Of a DNA stretch of 64,000 bases, positions 11,477 through 23,345 are shown piece by piece. Source of the stretch: Escherichia coli 042 (GTDB taxonomy: Bacteria; Pseudomonadota; Gammaproteobacteria; Enterobacterales; Enterobacteriaceae); the NCBI RefSeq assembly GCF_000027125.1, contig NC_017626.1; one strand, written 5' to 3'. Within the stretch, counting starts at the first letter, position 1; every line of letters starts with the position of its first letter. The notes below the pieces were generated by a model. The model saw nothing but the letters and a program-made list of their open reading frames with translations. It had not been told where the DNA came from and searched no databases. The position numbers and the translations under genes were made by a program.

Positions 11477-12403
11477 TTAACTGCGTGGGGTGCCGAAAAT
11501 TTCTAAAAATCCGCTGATTTCCGGCCTGCGCTGGGTAAACAAGGTCACAATATCTTCTACCGCTTTGCCGCTGCCAAATTTGCGCCATGCCAGACTCAAT
11601 GGCGAAGGAGGGCGCATCGTTGGGATTACCCGGCTGACCAGTTGTTGATTATCGATCATTGACTGGCAAAGTGATTTTGGCAAAAAACCAATGCCAACGC
11701 CCGCCAGATGGGCGGCGATTTTCGTTTCCATATCAGGAACAATAATCTCTTTTTGCCCTGGCAATCGCCAGGCGACGCGTTTGGTTAAGGTGCGGGCGCT
11801 GTCTTCAATATTGACCGCCGGAAAGCGACGCAACTGCGCTTCTGTTAGCGGCTCTTCAACGTTCGCCAGCGGATGATCCGCCGCCATGACAAAGCGCCAT
11901 TGCACCGATCCTAAGGGATCAAGACTAAAGGTATTTGCCAGCGCCTCGGTTCCCGTGACGCCGATAGCCAGTGAAAAACCTTCGTACAATAGCGAGTCCC
12001 AGACGCCCATATAGATTTGCCGGGAGATGTGGAACTGGGTAAAGGGGTAACGTTCATTCAGCCACGCCAGCAGCTGGGCGACGGCCTGGGGATTGTAGAG
12101 CAGGTTGTTGATGACAATATTCACCTGGCGTTCCACGCCATCATTCACCTGTTGCAGCTCGCTGGGCATACTTTCCAGCCAGCTCAGCCAGTCTCTGGCC
12201 TGAGAAAGTAGATGCTCGCCAGCCGCTGTCAACGTCACGCTGCGAGTCGTGCGGAAAAACAGCGCCACTCCGGTATTCTCTTCCAGAAGTTTAATGCGAT
12301 AACTGATCGTCGCCGTGGTTTTACATAATCGTTCTGCCGCTTTTGAAAAACTTCCTGTTTCAGCAACCGCAATGAAAGTCCGCAAGGTTTCTGGATCGAA
12401 CAT
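11477..12403 (-). CDS. allS: LysR-family activator of allD, AllS
   Basis: 308 aa; LysR HTH at the N-terminus; divergent from allA. Confidence 0.9.
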   Translation of the reverse strand: MFDPETLRTFIAVAETGSFSKAAERLCKTTATISYRIKLLEENTGVALFFRTTRSVTLTAAGEHLLSQARDWLSWLESMPSELQQVNDGVERQVNIVINNLLYNPQAVAQLLAWLNERYPFTQFHISRQIYMGVWDSLLYEGFSLAIGVTGTEALANTFSLDPLGSVQWRFVMAADHPLANVEEPLTEAQLRRFPAVNIEDSARTLTKRVAWRLPGQKEIIVPDMETKIAAHLAGVGIGFLPKSLCQSMIDNQQLVSRVIPTMRPPSPLSLAWRKFGSGKAVEDIVTLFTQRRPEISGFLEIFGTPRS

Positions 12404-12510
12404 CTTCAGGTATCCCCTTTTAAATCCGCAAGTTGCGTGATTTTCTTATCCTCTGATTTATCAGTATTTTTACATGATAACCCTGTTCAATTTGTGGACT
12501 AAATCTAGTT

Positions 12511-12527
12511 TTGGAAAAATATTCCAA
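12511..12527. promoter_or_regulatory. AllR-type operator palindrome TTGGAAAAATATTCCAA in the allS-allA intergenic region
   Basis: Near-perfect inverted repeat TTGGAAAA/TTCCAA; same half-sites as the site upstream of gcl. Confidence 0.6.
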
Positions 12528-12632
12528 CTTTTGTGTTGATGTTGTTCTCTTAAGGTTTTAGATTGCCTGTTATTGAAACCAAGCTGACCGGTCGGCGCTG
12601 GTTGAACGGAATTATGTTACAAGGACAAAAAG

Positions 12633-13115
12633 ATGAAACTTCAGGTATTACCGTTAAGTCAGGAAGCCTTTAGTGCTTATGGCGATGTAATCGAAACGCA
12701 GCAACGGGATTTTTTCCATATTAACAATGGACTGGTAGAGCGTTACCACGATTTGGCGCTGGTTGAGATTCTTGATCAAGACCGTACGCTCATCAGCATT
12801 AACCGCGCGCAACCGGCGAATCTGCCGCTGATCATTCACGAACTCGAACGTCATCCGCTGGGCACTCAGGCCTTTATCCCGATGAAAGGTGAAGTGTTTG
12901 TGGTGGTCGTGGCGTTAGGTGACGACAAACCAGACCTGTCAACGCTGCGGGCGTTTATCACCAACGGTGAACAGGGGGTGAATTACCATCGTAACGTCTG
13001 GCATCACCCACTTTTCGCCTGGCAGCGCGTCACCGATTTTCTGACCATCGATCGCGGCGGCAGTGACAACTGTGATGTTGAAAGTATTCCTGAACAGGAA
13101 CTCTGTTTTGCGTGA
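12633..13115 (+). CDS. allA: ureidoglycolate lyase AllA
   Basis: 160 aa; position between allS and allR. Confidence 0.9.
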   Translation: MKLQVLPLSQEAFSAYGDVIETQQRDFFHINNGLVERYHDLALVEILDQDRTLISINRAQPANLPLIIHELERHPLGTQAFIPMKGEVFVVVVALGDDKPDLSTLRAFITNGEQGVNYHRNVWHHPLFAWQRVTDFLTIDRGGSDNCDVESIPEQELCFA

Positions 13116-13192
13116 CGCCTGCAACCGACTTGCATAAGATAAACTAATTGTTCATTGTTTATGCTCACTTGTAGGTCGGAGTTAACGTAGGT

Positions 13193-14008
13193 ATGACGGA
13201 AGTTAGACGGCGCGGCAGGCCAGGACAGGCGGAGCCTGTGGCACAGAAGGGCGCACAGGCGTTAGAGCGGGGAATTGCGATTCTGCAATATCTGGAAAAA
13301 AGTGGGGGGAGTTCGTCGGTTAGCGATATTTCTCTCAATCTGGATTTGCCGCTCTCCACGACCTTTCGCTTGCTGAAGGTTTTACAGGCAGCGGATTTTG
13401 TCTACCAGGACAGTCAGTTAGGCTGGTGGCATATAGGATTAGGTGTTTTTAACGTCGGTGCGGCGTACATCCATAACCGCGATGTCCTCTCCGTCGCCGG
13501 GCCGTTTATGCGCCGCCTGATGTTACTTTCCGGCGAAACGGTCAATGTCGCGATTCGTAACGGCAATGAAGCAGTATTAATTGGTCAGTTAGAGTGTAAA
13601 TCGATGGTCAGGATGTGTGCGCCGCTGGGCAGTCGTCTGCCGCTGCATGCTTCCGGCGCGGGCAAGGCGCTGCTTTATCCGCTGGCGGAAGAGGAGTTGA
13701 TGAGCATCATTCTGCAAACCGGTTTGCAGCAGTTTACGCCAACGACGCTTGTGGATATGCCCACCTTGCTGAAGGACCTGGAACAAGCGAGTGAACTGGG
13801 CTATACCGTAGATAAAGAAGAGCATGTTGTAGGCCTGAATTGCATAGCTTCAGCAATTTACGATGATGTAGGTAGTGTTGTTGCCGCTATCTCCATCTCC
13901 GGGCCTTCATCAAGACTGACAGAAGATCGTTTTGTCAGTCAGGGTGAGCTGGTCAGAGACACCGCCCGCGATATCAGCACGGCGTTGGGACTGAAAGCAC
14001 ATCCATAG
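13193..14008 (+). CDS. allR: IclR-family repressor of the allantoin regulon, AllR
   Basis: 271 aa; IclR-type HTH at the N-terminus and effector domain. Confidence 0.9.
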   Translation: MTEVRRRGRPGQAEPVAQKGAQALERGIAILQYLEKSGGSSSVSDISLNLDLPLSTTFRLLKVLQAADFVYQDSQLGWWHIGLGVFNVGAAYIHNRDVLSVAGPFMRRLMLLSGETVNVAIRNGNEAVLIGQLECKSMVRMCAPLGSRLPLHASGAGKALLYPLAEEELMSIILQTGLQQFTPTTLVDMPTLLKDLEQASELGYTVDKEEHVVGLNCIASAIYDDVGSVVAAISISGPSSRLTEDRFVSQGELVRDTARDISTALGLKAHP

Positions 14009-14020
14009 TGTCTGTCGCAT

Positions 14021-14046
14021 CCCGCTCTGCGGAGCGGGTTTTTTTG
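14021..14046 (+). terminator. intrinsic terminator after allR
   Basis: GC stem cccgctc-tgcg-gagcggg followed by a T-run. Confidence 0.7.
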
Positions 14047-14060
14047 ACAAAATTTGAAAG

Positions 14061-14077
14061 TTGGAAAATTTTTCCAA
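14061..14077. promoter_or_regulatory. AllR-type operator palindrome TTGGAAAATTTTTCCAA upstream of gcl
   Basis: Perfect inverted repeat ~20 bp upstream of the gcl ATG. Confidence 0.65.
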
Positions 14078-14097
14078 TTAATAGAGGTAGGAATAAA

Positions 14098-15879
14098 ATG
14101 GCAAAAATGAGAGCCGTTGACGCGGCAATGTATGTGCTGGAGAAAGAAGGTATCACCACCGCCTTCGGCGTTCCGGGAGCTGCAATCAATCCGTTCTACT
14201 CAGCGATGCGTAAGCACGGCGGTATTCGTCACATTCTGGCGCGTCATGTGGAAGGTGCTTCGCACATGGCGGAAGGTTATACCCGCGCAACGGCAGGGAA
14301 TATCGGCGTATGTCTGGGGACTTCCGGTCCTGCGGGCACGGACATGATCACCGCGCTCTATTCCGCTTCTGCTGATTCCATTCCTATTCTGTGTATTACC
14401 GGCCAGGCTCCGCGCGCCCGTCTGCATAAAGAAGATTTCCAGGCCGTTGATATTGAAGCAATTGCTAAACCGGTCAGCAAAATGGCGGTTACAGTTCGTG
14501 AAGCGGCGCTGGTGCCTCGTGTGCTGCAACAGGCATTTCACCTGATGCGTTCTGGTCGTCCGGGTCCGGTACTGGTGGATTTACCGTTCGACGTACAGGT
14601 TGCGGAAATCGAGTTTGATCCTGACATGTACGAACCGCTGCCGGTCTACAAACCTGCTGCCAGCCGTATGCAGATCGAAAAAGCTGTAGAAATGTTAATT
14701 CAGGCCGAACGTCCGGTGATTGTTGCCGGGGGCGGGGTAATCAATGCTGACGCAGCTGCACTGCTACAACAGTTTGCTGAACTGACCAGCGTTCCGGTGA
14801 TCCCAACGCTGATGGGCTGGGGCTGTATCCCGGATGACCACGAACTGATGGCCGGGATGGTGGGTCTGCAAACCGCGCATCGTTACGGTAACGCAACGCT
14901 ACTGGCGTCCGACATGGTGTTTGGTATCGGTAACCGTTTTGCGAACCGTCATACCGGTTCGGTAGAGAAATACACCGAAGGGCGCAAAATCGTTCATATC
15001 GATATTGAGCCGACGCAAATTGGCCGCGTGCTGTGTCCGGATCTCGGCATTGTCTCTGATGCTAAAGCGGCGCTGACACTGCTGGTTGAAGTGGCGCAGG
15101 AGATGCAAAAAGCAGGTCGTCTGCCGTGTCGTAAAGAGTGGGTCGCCGACTGCCAGCAGCGCAAACGCACTTTGCTGCGTAAAACTCACTTCGACAATGT
15201 GCCGGTGAAACCGCAGCGCGTGTATGAAGAGATGAACAAAGCCTTTGGTCGCGATGTTTGTTATGTCACCACCATTGGTCTGTCACAAATCGCTGCGGCA
15301 CAAATGCTGCATGTCTTTAAAGACCGCCACTGGATCAACTGTGGGCAGGCTGGTCCGTTAGGCTGGACGATTCCGGCGGCGCTGGGCGTGTGTGCCGCTG
15401 ATCCAGAGCGCAATGTGGTGGCGATTTCCGGTGACTTCGACTTCCAGTTCCTGATTGAAGAATTAGCCGTTGGCGCACAGTTCAACATTCCGTACATCCA
15501 TGTACTGGTCAATAACGCCTATCTGGGGCTGATTCGCCAGTCGCAGCGCGCGTTTGATATGGATTACTGCGTACAGCTCGCGTTCGAAAATATTAACTCC
15601 AGTGAAGTGAACGGTTACGGCGTCGACCACGTAAAAGTAGCGGAAGGTTTAGGTTGTAAAGCGATTCGCGTTTTCAAACCGGAAGATATAGCACCAGCCT
15701 TTGAACAGGCGAAAGCCTTAATGGCGCAATATCGGGTACCGGTAGTCGTGGAAGTTATTCTCGAGCGTGTGACCAATATTTCGATGGGCAGCGAACTGGA
15801 TAACGTCATGGAATTTGAAGATATCGCCGATAACGCAGTGGATGCACCGACTGAAACCTGCTTCATGCACTATGAATAA
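14098..15879 (+). CDS. gcl: glyoxylate carboligase (TPP-dependent)
   Basis: Start at [13 protein letters not shown] gives 593 aa; the ORF track's 14008 start would run through the allR terminator and AllR operator. Confidence 0.9.
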   Translation: MAKMRAVDAAMYVLEKEGITTAFGVPGAAINPFYSAMRKHGGIRHILARHVEGASHMAEGYTRATAGNIGVCLGTSGPAGTDMITALYSASADSIPILCITGQAPRARLHKEDFQAVDIEAIAKPVSKMAVTVREAALVPRVLQQAFHLMRSGRPGPVLVDLPFDVQVAEIEFDPDMYEPLPVYKPAASRMQIEKAVEMLIQAERPVIVAGGGVINADAAALLQQFAELTSVPVIPTLMGWGCIPDDHELMAGMVGLQTAHRYGNATLLASDMVFGIGNRFANRHTGSVEKYTEGRKIVHIDIEPTQIGRVLCPDLGIVSDAKAALTLLVEVAQEMQKAGRLPCRKEWVADCQQRKRTLLRKTHFDNVPVKPQRVYEEMNKAFGRDVCYVTTIGLSQIAAAQMLHVFKDRHWINCGQAGPLGWTIPAALGVCAADPERNVVAISGDFDFQFLIEELAVGAQFNIPYIHVLVNNAYLGLIRQSQRAFDMDYCVQLAFENINSSEVNGYGVDHVKVAEGLGCKAIRVFKPEDIAPAFEQAKALMAQYRVPVVVEVILERVTNISMGSELDNVMEFEDIADNAVDAPTETCFMHYE

Positions 15880-15891
15880 GGGAGATAAATA

Positions 15892-16668
15892 ATGTTACGT
15901 TTCTCTGCTAATTTATCGATGTTATTTGGTGAATATGATTTTCTCGCTCGTTTTGAGAAAGCTGCGCAGTGTGGTTTTCGCGGCGTTGAATTTATGTTTC
16001 CTTATGACTACGACATTGAAGAATTAAAACAGGTGCTGGCGAGTAATAAACTCGAACATACGCTGCACAATTTACCGGCAGGTGACTGGGCGGCGGGCGA
16101 GCGGGGTATTGCTTGTATTCCTGGCCGTGAAGAAGAGTTTCGGGATGGCGTAGCAGCAGCGATTCGTTATGCTCGTGCGCTGGGTAATAAAAAAATTAAC
16201 TGTCTGGTCGGTAAAACGCCGGCTGGTTTCAGCAGTGAACAGATTCACGCAACGCTTGTAGAAAACCTGCGTTATGCCGCGAATATGCTGATGAAAGAAG
16301 ATATTTTATTACTGATTGAACCTATCAACCATTTTGATATTCCTGGTTTCCATCTCACCGGAACTCGGCAGGCGCTGAAATTGATTGATGATGTTGGTTG
16401 CTGCAATTTGAAAATTCAGTATGACATTTATCATATGCAGCGGATGGAAGGTGAATTAACCAACACTATGACTCAATGGGCCGATAAAATTGGTCACCTG
16501 CAAATTGCCGATAATCCGCATCGCGGCGAACCGGGAACCGGAGAAATTAATTACGAATATCTCTTTACGGTAATTGAAAATTCTGACTACAACGGTTGGG
16601 TTGGGTGTGAATATAAACCCCAAACCACCACGGAAGCCGGTTTACGCTGGATGGATCCGTACCGTTAA
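15892..16668 (+). CDS. hyi: hydroxypyruvate isomerase
   Basis: 258 aa, TIM-barrel xylose-isomerase-like; 12 bp after gcl. Confidence 0.9.
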   Translation: MLRFSANLSMLFGEYDFLARFEKAAQCGFRGVEFMFPYDYDIEELKQVLASNKLEHTLHNLPAGDWAAGERGIACIPGREEEFRDGVAAAIRYARALGNKKINCLVGKTPAGFSSEQIHATLVENLRYAANMLMKEDILLLIEPINHFDIPGFHLTGTRQALKLIDDVGCCNLKIQYDIYHMQRMEGELTNTMTQWADKIGHLQIADNPHRGEPGTGEINYEYLFTVIENSDYNGWVGCEYKPQTTTEAGLRWMDPYR

Positions 16669-16767
16669 AACGTAACGCTATTCAGACAATGCTTTTTTAG
16701 GTCGCTAAGTCGGCAGGGGATCGTGTTGTCTGAATTCAGGAAAAGCGAAATTTAAAAGAGGTTAATT

Positions 16768-17646
16768 ATGAAACTGGGATTTATTGGCTTAGGCATTATG
16801 GGTACTCCGATGGCCATTAATCTGGCGCGTGCCGGTCATCAACTGCATGTCACAACCATTGGTCCGGTTGCTGATGAATTACTGTCACTGGGTGCCGTCA
16901 GTGTTGAAACTGCGCGCCAGGTAACGGAAGCATCGGACATCATTTTTATTATGGTGCCGGATACGCCACAGGTTGAAGAAGTTCTGTTTGGTGAAAATGG
17001 TTGTACCAAAGCCTCGCTGAAGGGCAAAACCATTGTTGATATGAGCTCCATTTCCCCGATCGAAACTAAACGTTTCGCTCGTCAGGTGAATGAACTGGGC
17101 GGTGATTATCTCGATGCGCCCGTCTCCGGCGGTGAAATCGGCGCGCGTGAAGGGACGTTGTCGATTATGGTTGGCGGCGACGAAGCGGTATTTGAACGTG
17201 TTAAACCGCTGTTTGAACTGCTCGGTAAAAATATCACCCTCGTGGGCGGTAACGGTGACGGTCAAACCTGCAAAGTGGCAAATCAGATTATCGTGGCGCT
17301 CAATATTGAAGCGGTTTCTGAAGCCCTGCTATTTGCTTCAAAAGCCGGAGCGGATCCGGTACGTGTGCGCCAGGCGCTGATGGGCGGCTTTGCTTCCTCA
17401 CGTATTCTGGAAGTTCACGGTGAGCGCATGATTAAACGCACCTTTAATCCAGGTTTTAAAATTGCGCTGCACCAGAAAGATCTCAACCTGGCACTGCAAA
17501 GTGCGAAAGCACTGGCGCTGAATCTGCCAAACACCGCGACCTGCCAGGAATTGTTTAATACCTGTGCGGCAAACGGTGGCAGCCAGTTGGATCACTCTGC
17601 GTTAGTGCAGGCGCTGGAATTAATGGCTAACCATAAACTGGCCTGA
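16768..17646 (+). CDS. glxR: tartronate semialdehyde reductase
   Basis: 292 aa; N-terminal Rossmann motif GFIGLGIMG. Confidence 0.9.
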   Translation: MKLGFIGLGIMGTPMAINLARAGHQLHVTTIGPVADELLSLGAVSVETARQVTEASDIIFIMVPDTPQVEEVLFGENGCTKASLKGKTIVDMSSISPIETKRFARQVNELGGDYLDAPVSGGEIGAREGTLSIMVGGDEAVFERVKPLFELLGKNITLVGGNGDGQTCKVANQIIVALNIEAVSEALLFASKAGADPVRVRQALMGGFASSRILEVHGERMIKRTFNPGFKIALHQKDLNLALQSAKALALNLPNTATCQELFNTCAANGGSQLDHSALVQALELMANHKLA

Positions 17647-17814
17647 TACCCGCAATAAAAATGGCCGATATCAGAAAATGAATCGGCCAGCAATATTAAA
17701 AAAGAAAGCAGCCAAAGATGTTGCTTCAGTATTAAAAATAATATTTTTATTTTATTTGTTCCTCATAGCTAGATTAAAAAGACGTTATTCGATACGTGAA
17801 ATTAAGAGGGATTT

Positions 17815-19269
17815 ATGGAACATCAGAGAAAACTATTCCAGCAACGCGGCTATAGCGAAGATCTATTGCCGAAAACGCAAAGCCAGCGGACCTGGAAAAC
17901 ATTTAACTATTTTACCTTATGGATGGGTTCGGTTCATAACGTTCCCAATTATGTGATGGTCGGCGGCTTTTTTATTCTCGGCTTGTCTACCTTTAGTATT
18001 ATGCTGGCAATTATCCTCAGTGCCTTTTTCATTGCCGCGGTAATGGTATTAAACGGTGCTGCGGGCAGTAAATACGGCGTACCGTTTGCCATGATCCTGC
18101 GTGCTTCTTACGGCGTACGTGGCGCACTGTTTCCCGGATTATTAAGAGGCGGTATTGCTGCCATTATGTGGTTTGGCCTGCAATGTTACGCGGGGTCACT
18201 GGCCTGCTTGATTCTGATTGGCAAAATCTGGCCGGGATTTTTAACTCTCGGTGGTGATTTTACCCTGTTAGGGCTTTCTCTACCGGGCTTAATCACTTTC
18301 TTACTCTTCTGGCTGGTGAACGTCGGAATCGGTTTCGGTGGTGGCAAAGTTTTAAATAAATTCACCGCCATTCTTAACCCGTGCATCTATGTTGTCTTCG
18401 GCGGTATGGCGATTTGGGCGATTTCGCTGGTCGGGATCGGTCCAATCTTTGACTACATTCCGAGCGGTATTCAGAAAGCAGAAAACAGTGGCTTCCTGTT
18501 CCTGGTGGTGATTAACGCGGTGGTTGCGGTCTGGGCGGCACCGGCGGTGAGCGCATCCGACTTTACGCAAAACGCCCACTCGTTTCGTGAGCAAGCGCTG
18601 GGGCAAACGCTCGGTTTAGTTGTGGCCTATATTCTGTTTGCGGTCGCCGGGGTATGTATTATTGCCGGAGCCAGTATTCATTACGGCGCTGACACCTGGA
18701 ACGTGCTGGATATTGTCCAGCGTTGGGATAGCCTGTTTGCCTCGTTCTTTGCGGTACTGGTTATTCTGATGACGACTATCTCCACTAACGCCACCGGTAA
18801 TATTATTCCGGCCGGTTATCAGATTGCCGCTATTGCACCGACGAAACTGACCTATAAAAACGGCGTACTGATTGCCAGTATTATCAGCCTGCTGATCTGC
18901 CCGTGGAAATTAATGGAAAATCAGGACAGCATTTATCTGTTCCTCGATATTATCGGCGGAATGCTGGGGCCGGTAATTGGTGTCATGATGGCGCATTATT
19001 TTGTGGTGATGCGTGGGCAAATTAATCTTGATGAACTTTATACCGCAGCAGGTGATTTCAAATATTACGATAACGGCTTTAACCTTACCGCGTTTTCAGT
19101 AACTCTGGTCGCCGTTATTTTATCTCTCGGTGGTAAATTTATTCCGTTCATGGAGCCTTTATCACGCGTTTCATGGTTTGTCGGCGTTATTGTCGCCTTT
19201 GCGGCCTACGCCTTATTAAAGAAACGTACTGCAGCAGAAAAAACAGGAGAACAAAAAGTCACAGGTTAA
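17815..19269 (+). CDS. ybbW: allantoin permease (NCS1 family)
   Basis: 484 aa polytopic membrane protein in the allantoin cluster. Confidence 0.85.
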   Translation: MEHQRKLFQQRGYSEDLLPKTQSQRTWKTFNYFTLWMGSVHNVPNYVMVGGFFILGLSTFSIMLAIILSAFFIAAVMVLNGAAGSKYGVPFAMILRASYGVRGALFPGLLRGGIAAIMWFGLQCYAGSLACLILIGKIWPGFLTLGGDFTLLGLSLPGLITFLLFWLVNVGIGFGGGKVLNKFTAILNPCIYVVFGGMAIWAISLVGIGPIFDYIPSGIQKAENSGFLFLVVINAVVAVWAAPAVSASDFTQNAHSFREQALGQTLGLVVAYILFAVAGVCIIAGASIHYGADTWNVLDIVQRWDSLFASFFAVLVILMTTISTNATGNIIPAGYQIAAIAPTKLTYKNGVLIASIISLLICPWKLMENQDSIYLFLDIIGGMLGPVIGVMMAHYFVVMRGQINLDELYTAAGDFKYYDNGFNLTAFSVTLVAVILSLGGKFIPFMEPLSRVSWFVGVIVAFAAYALLKKRTAAEKTGEQKVTG

Positions 19270-19329
19270 TTAATCCCGATATTGAACATTGAGTTAAAAA
19301 ACCAATCTGTATTTTACAAGGAGTTTGTT

Positions 19330-20691
19330 ATGTCTTTTGATTTAATCATTAAAAACGGCACCGTTATTTTAGAAAACGAAGCTCGCGTTGTAGATATCGC
19401 CGTTAAAGGCGGAAAAATTGCTGCTATCGGTCAGGAGCTGGGCGATGCAAAAGAAGTTATGGATGCGTCTGGTCTGGTGGTTTCGCCAGGCATGGTTGAT
19501 GCGCACACCCATATTTCTGAACCGGGTCGTAGCCACTGGGAAGGTTATGAAACTGGCACTCGCGCAGCGGCAAAAGGCGGTATCACCACCATGATCGAAA
19601 TGCCGCTCAACCAGCTGCCTGCAACGGTTGACCGCGCTTCAATTGAACTGAAGTTTGATGCCGCCAAAGGCAAGCTGACTATCGATGCGGCGCAACTCGG
19701 TGGCCTGGTGTCTTACAACATCGACCGTCTGCATGAGCTGGATGAAGTGGGCGTTGTCGGCTTCAAATGCTTCGTCGCAACCTGTGGCGATCGCGGTATC
19801 GACAACGACTTCCGTGACGTCAATGACTGGCAGTTCTTCAAAGGTGCGCAGAAGCTGGGCGAACTGGGACAGCCGGTGCTGGTGCACTGCGAAAACGCGC
19901 TGATCTGTGACGAACTGGGCGAAGAAGCGAAACGTGAAGGTCGCGTAACCGCACATGACTATGTGGCTTCGCGTCCGGTATTTACCGAAGTGGAAGCGAT
20001 TCGCCGCGTGCTGTATCTGGCGAAAGTTGCTGGTTGCCGTCTGCACGTTTGCCATATCAGCAGCCCGGAAGGCGTTGAGGAAGTGACTCGTGCACGTCAG
20101 GAAGGCCAGGATGTTACCTGTGAATCCTGCCCGCATTACTTTGTGCTGGATACCGATCAGTTCGAAGAAATTGGCACCCTGGCGAAGTGTTCACCGCCGA
20201 TCCGCGATCTGGAAAACCAGAAAGGCATGTGGGAAAAACTGTTTAACGGTGAAATCGACTGCCTGGTTTCCGACCACTCTCCATGCCCGCCGGAAATGAA
20301 AGCCGGTAACATTATGAAAGCATGGGGCGGTATCGCCGGTCTGCAAAGCTGCATGGACGTGATGTTCGATGAAGCGGTACAGAAACGCGGTATGTCTCTG
20401 CCGATGTTCGGCAAATTAATGGCGACTAACGCAGCAGATATTTTCGGTCTGCAGCAAAAAGGCCGTATCGCCCCAGGAAAAGATGCCGACTTCGTCTTCA
20501 TTCAGCCGAATAGCAGCTATGTTCTTACCAATGACGATCTGGAATATCGCCACAAAGTCAGCCCGTATGTTGGCCGTACCATTGGCGCGCGTATCACGAA
20601 AACCATCTTACGTGGAGATGTGATTTACGACATCGAACAGGGCTTCCCTGTTGCGCCGAAAGGTCAATTTATTCTTAAACATCAGCAGTAA
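19330..20691 (+). CDS. allB: allantoinase (cyclic amidohydrolase)
   Basis: Start at [10 protein letters not shown] gives 453 aa; metal-binding HxH motif ([10 protein letters not shown]). Confidence 0.9.
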   Translation: MSFDLIIKNGTVILENEARVVDIAVKGGKIAAIGQELGDAKEVMDASGLVVSPGMVDAHTHISEPGRSHWEGYETGTRAAAKGGITTMIEMPLNQLPATVDRASIELKFDAAKGKLTIDAAQLGGLVSYNIDRLHELDEVGVVGFKCFVATCGDRGIDNDFRDVNDWQFFKGAQKLGELGQPVLVHCENALICDELGEEAKREGRVTAHDYVASRPVFTEVEAIRRVLYLAKVAGCRLHVCHISSPEGVEEVTRARQEGQDVTCESCPHYFVLDTDQFEEIGTLAKCSPPIRDLENQKGMWEKLFNGEIDCLVSDHSPCPPEMKAGNIMKAWGGIAGLQSCMDVMFDEAVQKRGMSLPMFGKLMATNAADIFGLQQKGRIAPGKDADFVFIQPNSSYVLTNDDLEYRHKVSPYVGRTIGARITKTILRGDVIYDIEQGFPVAPKGQFILKHQQ

Positions 20692-20747
20692 TCTGGCCCC
20701 TGCAATGCCCGTCCTTGCGGCGGGCATTCTCCGGTTAAGGTGTGTTT

Positions 20748-22049
20748 ATGTTCAATTTTGCAGTCAGCCGCGAAAGCCTGTTATCAGGATTTCAGTGGTT
20801 TTTCTTTATTTTTTGCAACACTGTTGTGGTTCCTCCTACGCTACTTTCTGCTTTTCAGTTGCCGCAAAGTAGCCTGCTTACGCTCACCCAATATGCTTTT
20901 CTTGCTACCGCACTGGCCTGCTTCGCTCAGGCGTTCTGCGGTCATCGTCGCGCTATTATGGAAGGACCGGGTGGCCTGTGGTGGGGAACCATCCTTACTA
21001 TCACCCTTGGCGAAGCATCGCGCGGGACACCGATCAACGATATCGCTACCAGCCTGGCGGTGGGAATTGCGCTCTCTGGCGTGCTGACGATGTTGATTGG
21101 TTTTAGCGGATTAGGTCATCGTCTGGCGCGGTTATTTACGCCGTCGGTGATGGTCTTGTTTATGTTGATGCTGGGCGCGCAGCTGACCACTATCTTTTTC
21201 AAAGGTATGCTCGGGCTGCCGTTTGGCATAGCCGACCCGAATTTTAAAATTCAGTTACCGCCGTTCGCGCTCTCGGTGGCGGTGATGTGCCTGGTACTGG
21301 CGATGATTATCTTTCTGCCGCAACGTTTTGCCCGTTATGGCCTGCTGGTCGGTACCATAACCGGCTGGTTGTTGTGGTACTTTTGCTTTCCTTCTTCGCA
21401 TTCGCTCTCCGGTGAGTTGCACTGGCAGTGGTTCCCGCTCGGCAGTGGCGGTGCTTTGTCGCCGGGGATTATTCTGACGGCGGTGATTACAGGTCTGGTA
21501 AATATCAGCAATACCTACGGTGCGATTCGTGGCACGGATGTTTTTTATCCGCAGCAGGGCGCGGGGAATACACGTTATCGTCGCAGCTTTGTGGCGACCG
21601 GATTTATGACGCTGATAACCGTGCCGCTGGCGGTAATTCCATTTTCACCGTTTGTTTCATCCATTGGTTTATTAACCCAGACTGGCGATTACACGCGGCG
21701 TTCGTTTATTTATGGCAGCGTTATTTGCCTGCTGGTGGCGCTGGTTCCGGCACTCACACGACTGTTTTGCAGTATCCCTTTACCCGTGAGTAGCGCGGTC
21801 ATGCTGGTTTCTTATCTGCCTTTACTCTTTTCCGCGCTGGTGTTTAGCCAGCAAATCACGTTTACCGCTCGCAATATTTATCGACGCGCATTGCCGTTAT
21901 TTGTCGGCATATTTTTAATGGCATTACCGCCTGTGTATCTGCAAGACCTTCCATTAACGCTTCGTCCTCTGCTCAGTAACGGCTTACTGGTCGGAATTTT
22001 ACTGGCTGTTCTTATGGATAATCTTATTCCGTGGGAACGCATCGAATAA
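20748..22049 (+). CDS. ybbY: putative purine/uracil permease YbbY
   Basis: Polytopic membrane protein; ATG at 20748 gives 433 aa (track ORF starts two codons earlier). Confidence 0.8.
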   Translation: MFNFAVSRESLLSGFQWFFFIFCNTVVVPPTLLSAFQLPQSSLLTLTQYAFLATALACFAQAFCGHRRAIMEGPGGLWWGTILTITLGEASRGTPINDIATSLAVGIALSGVLTMLIGFSGLGHRLARLFTPSVMVLFMLMLGAQLTTIFFKGMLGLPFGIADPNFKIQLPPFALSVAVMCLVLAMIIFLPQRFARYGLLVGTITGWLLWYFCFPSSHSLSGELHWQWFPLGSGGALSPGIILTAVITGLVNISNTYGAIRGTDVFYPQQGAGNTRYRRSFVATGFMTLITVPLAVIPFSPFVSSIGLLTQTGDYTRRSFIYGSVICLLVALVPALTRLFCSIPLPVSSAVMLVSYLPLLFSALVFSQQITFTARNIYRRALPLFVGIFLMALPPVYLQDLPLTLRPLLSNGLLVGILLAVLMDNLIPWERIE

Positions 22050-22070
22050 TTTGTTGAAAAAGGATTGATA

Positions 22071-23216
22071 ATGAAGATTGTCATTGCGCCAGACTCTTTT
22101 AAAGAGAGCTTAAGTGCAGAAAAATGTTGTCAGGCAATTAAAGCCGGGTTTTCGACCCTCTTTCCCGATGCGCACTATATCTGTTTGCCGATAGCGGATG
22201 GCGGCGAAGGGACGGTGGATGCGATGGTCGCCGCGACGGGCGGCAACATCGTGACGCTTGAAGTCTGCGGGCCGATGGACGAAACAGTGAATGCTTTTTA
22301 TGGCCTTACCGGCGACGGGAAAACGGCGGTGATTGAGATGGCTGCGGCAAGCGGCCTGATGCTGGTCGCGCCTGAAAAGCGTAATCCGTTGCTGGCCTCG
22401 AGTTTTGGTACGGGGGAGTTAATTCGTCATGCGCTGGATAACGGCATTCGCCATATTATTCTCGGCATTGGCGGCAGTGCGACGGTCGACGGCGGTATGG
22501 GCATGGCGCAGGCGCTTGGTGTGCGTTTCCTTGATGCCGACGGTCAGGTGCTGGCGGCTAACGGCGGCAATTTAGCACGCGTGGCAAGTATTGAGATGGA
22601 TGAATGCGATCCGCGTCTGGCAAATTGTCATATCGAAGTGGCGTGTGATGTTGATAACCCGCTGGTGGGGCCACGCGGTGCGGCGGCGGTGTTTGGTCCG
22701 CAAAAAGGGGCAACGCCGGAAATGGTCGAAGAGCTGGAGCAGGGGCTGCAAAATTACGCCCGTGTTTTACAACAGCAAACTGAAATCAACGTCTGCCAGA
22801 TGGCGGGCGGCGGCGCGGCGGGCGGGATGGGCATTGCGGCGGCGGTATTCCTCAATGCGGATATTAAACCGGGTATTGAGATTGTACTGCGGGCGGTCAA
22901 CCTGGAGCAGGCGGTGCAGGGTGCAGCGCTGGTGATCACCGGGGAAGGGCGCATCGATTCGCAAACGGCAGGTGGTAAAGCACCGCTGGGCGTGGCGTCG
23001 GTGGCGAAGCAGTTTAATGTCCCGGTGATTGGGATTGCTGGCGTATTGGGTGATGGCGTGGAAGTGGTGCACCAGTACGGCATTGACGCGGTGTTCAGCA
23101 TTTTGCCACGTCTGGCACCTTTAGCCGAAGTGCTCGCCAGCGGTGAAACCAATCTCTTCAACAGCGCACGAAATATTGCCTGCGCCATTAAAATAGGTCA
23201 GGGAATTAAAAACTGA
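22071..23216 (+). CDS. glxK: glycerate kinase II
   Basis: Start at [14 protein letters not shown] gives 381 aa; glycerate kinase family. Confidence 0.85.
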   Translation: MKIVIAPDSFKESLSAEKCCQAIKAGFSTLFPDAHYICLPIADGGEGTVDAMVAATGGNIVTLEVCGPMDETVNAFYGLTGDGKTAVIEMAAASGLMLVAPEKRNPLLASSFGTGELIRHALDNGIRHIILGIGGSATVDGGMGMAQALGVRFLDADGQVLAANGGNLARVASIEMDECDPRLANCHIEVACDVDNPLVGPRGAAAVFGPQKGATPEMVEELEQGLQNYARVLQQQTEINVCQMAGGGAAGGMGIAAAVFLNADIKPGIEIVLRAVNLEQAVQGAALVITGEGRIDSQTAGGKAPLGVASVAKQFNVPVIGIAGVLGDGVEVVHQYGIDAVFSILPRLAPLAEVLASGETNLFNSARNIACAIKIGQGIKN

Positions 23217-23230
23217 CTCTTGCCATTAGA

Positions 23231-23261
23231 GCGGATGCATTTTATCCCGCATCCGTTTTTT
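23231..23261 (+). terminator. intrinsic terminator after glxK
   Basis: Stem cggatgc ... gcatccg followed by a T-run. Confidence 0.65.
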
Positions 23262-23345
23262 ACCTGAATTTACCGCAAAAAAAGCCACGGTATAAACCGT
23301 GGCAAAATCCAACATAGCTAAAAATAATCAGGCGAGTGGTATGAC

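Noticed and set aside
22591-23188. 114-aa and 144-aa ORFs inside glxK
   Set aside because: Shadow frames of glxK (GC-rich region); Arg/Trp-rich nonsense composition.
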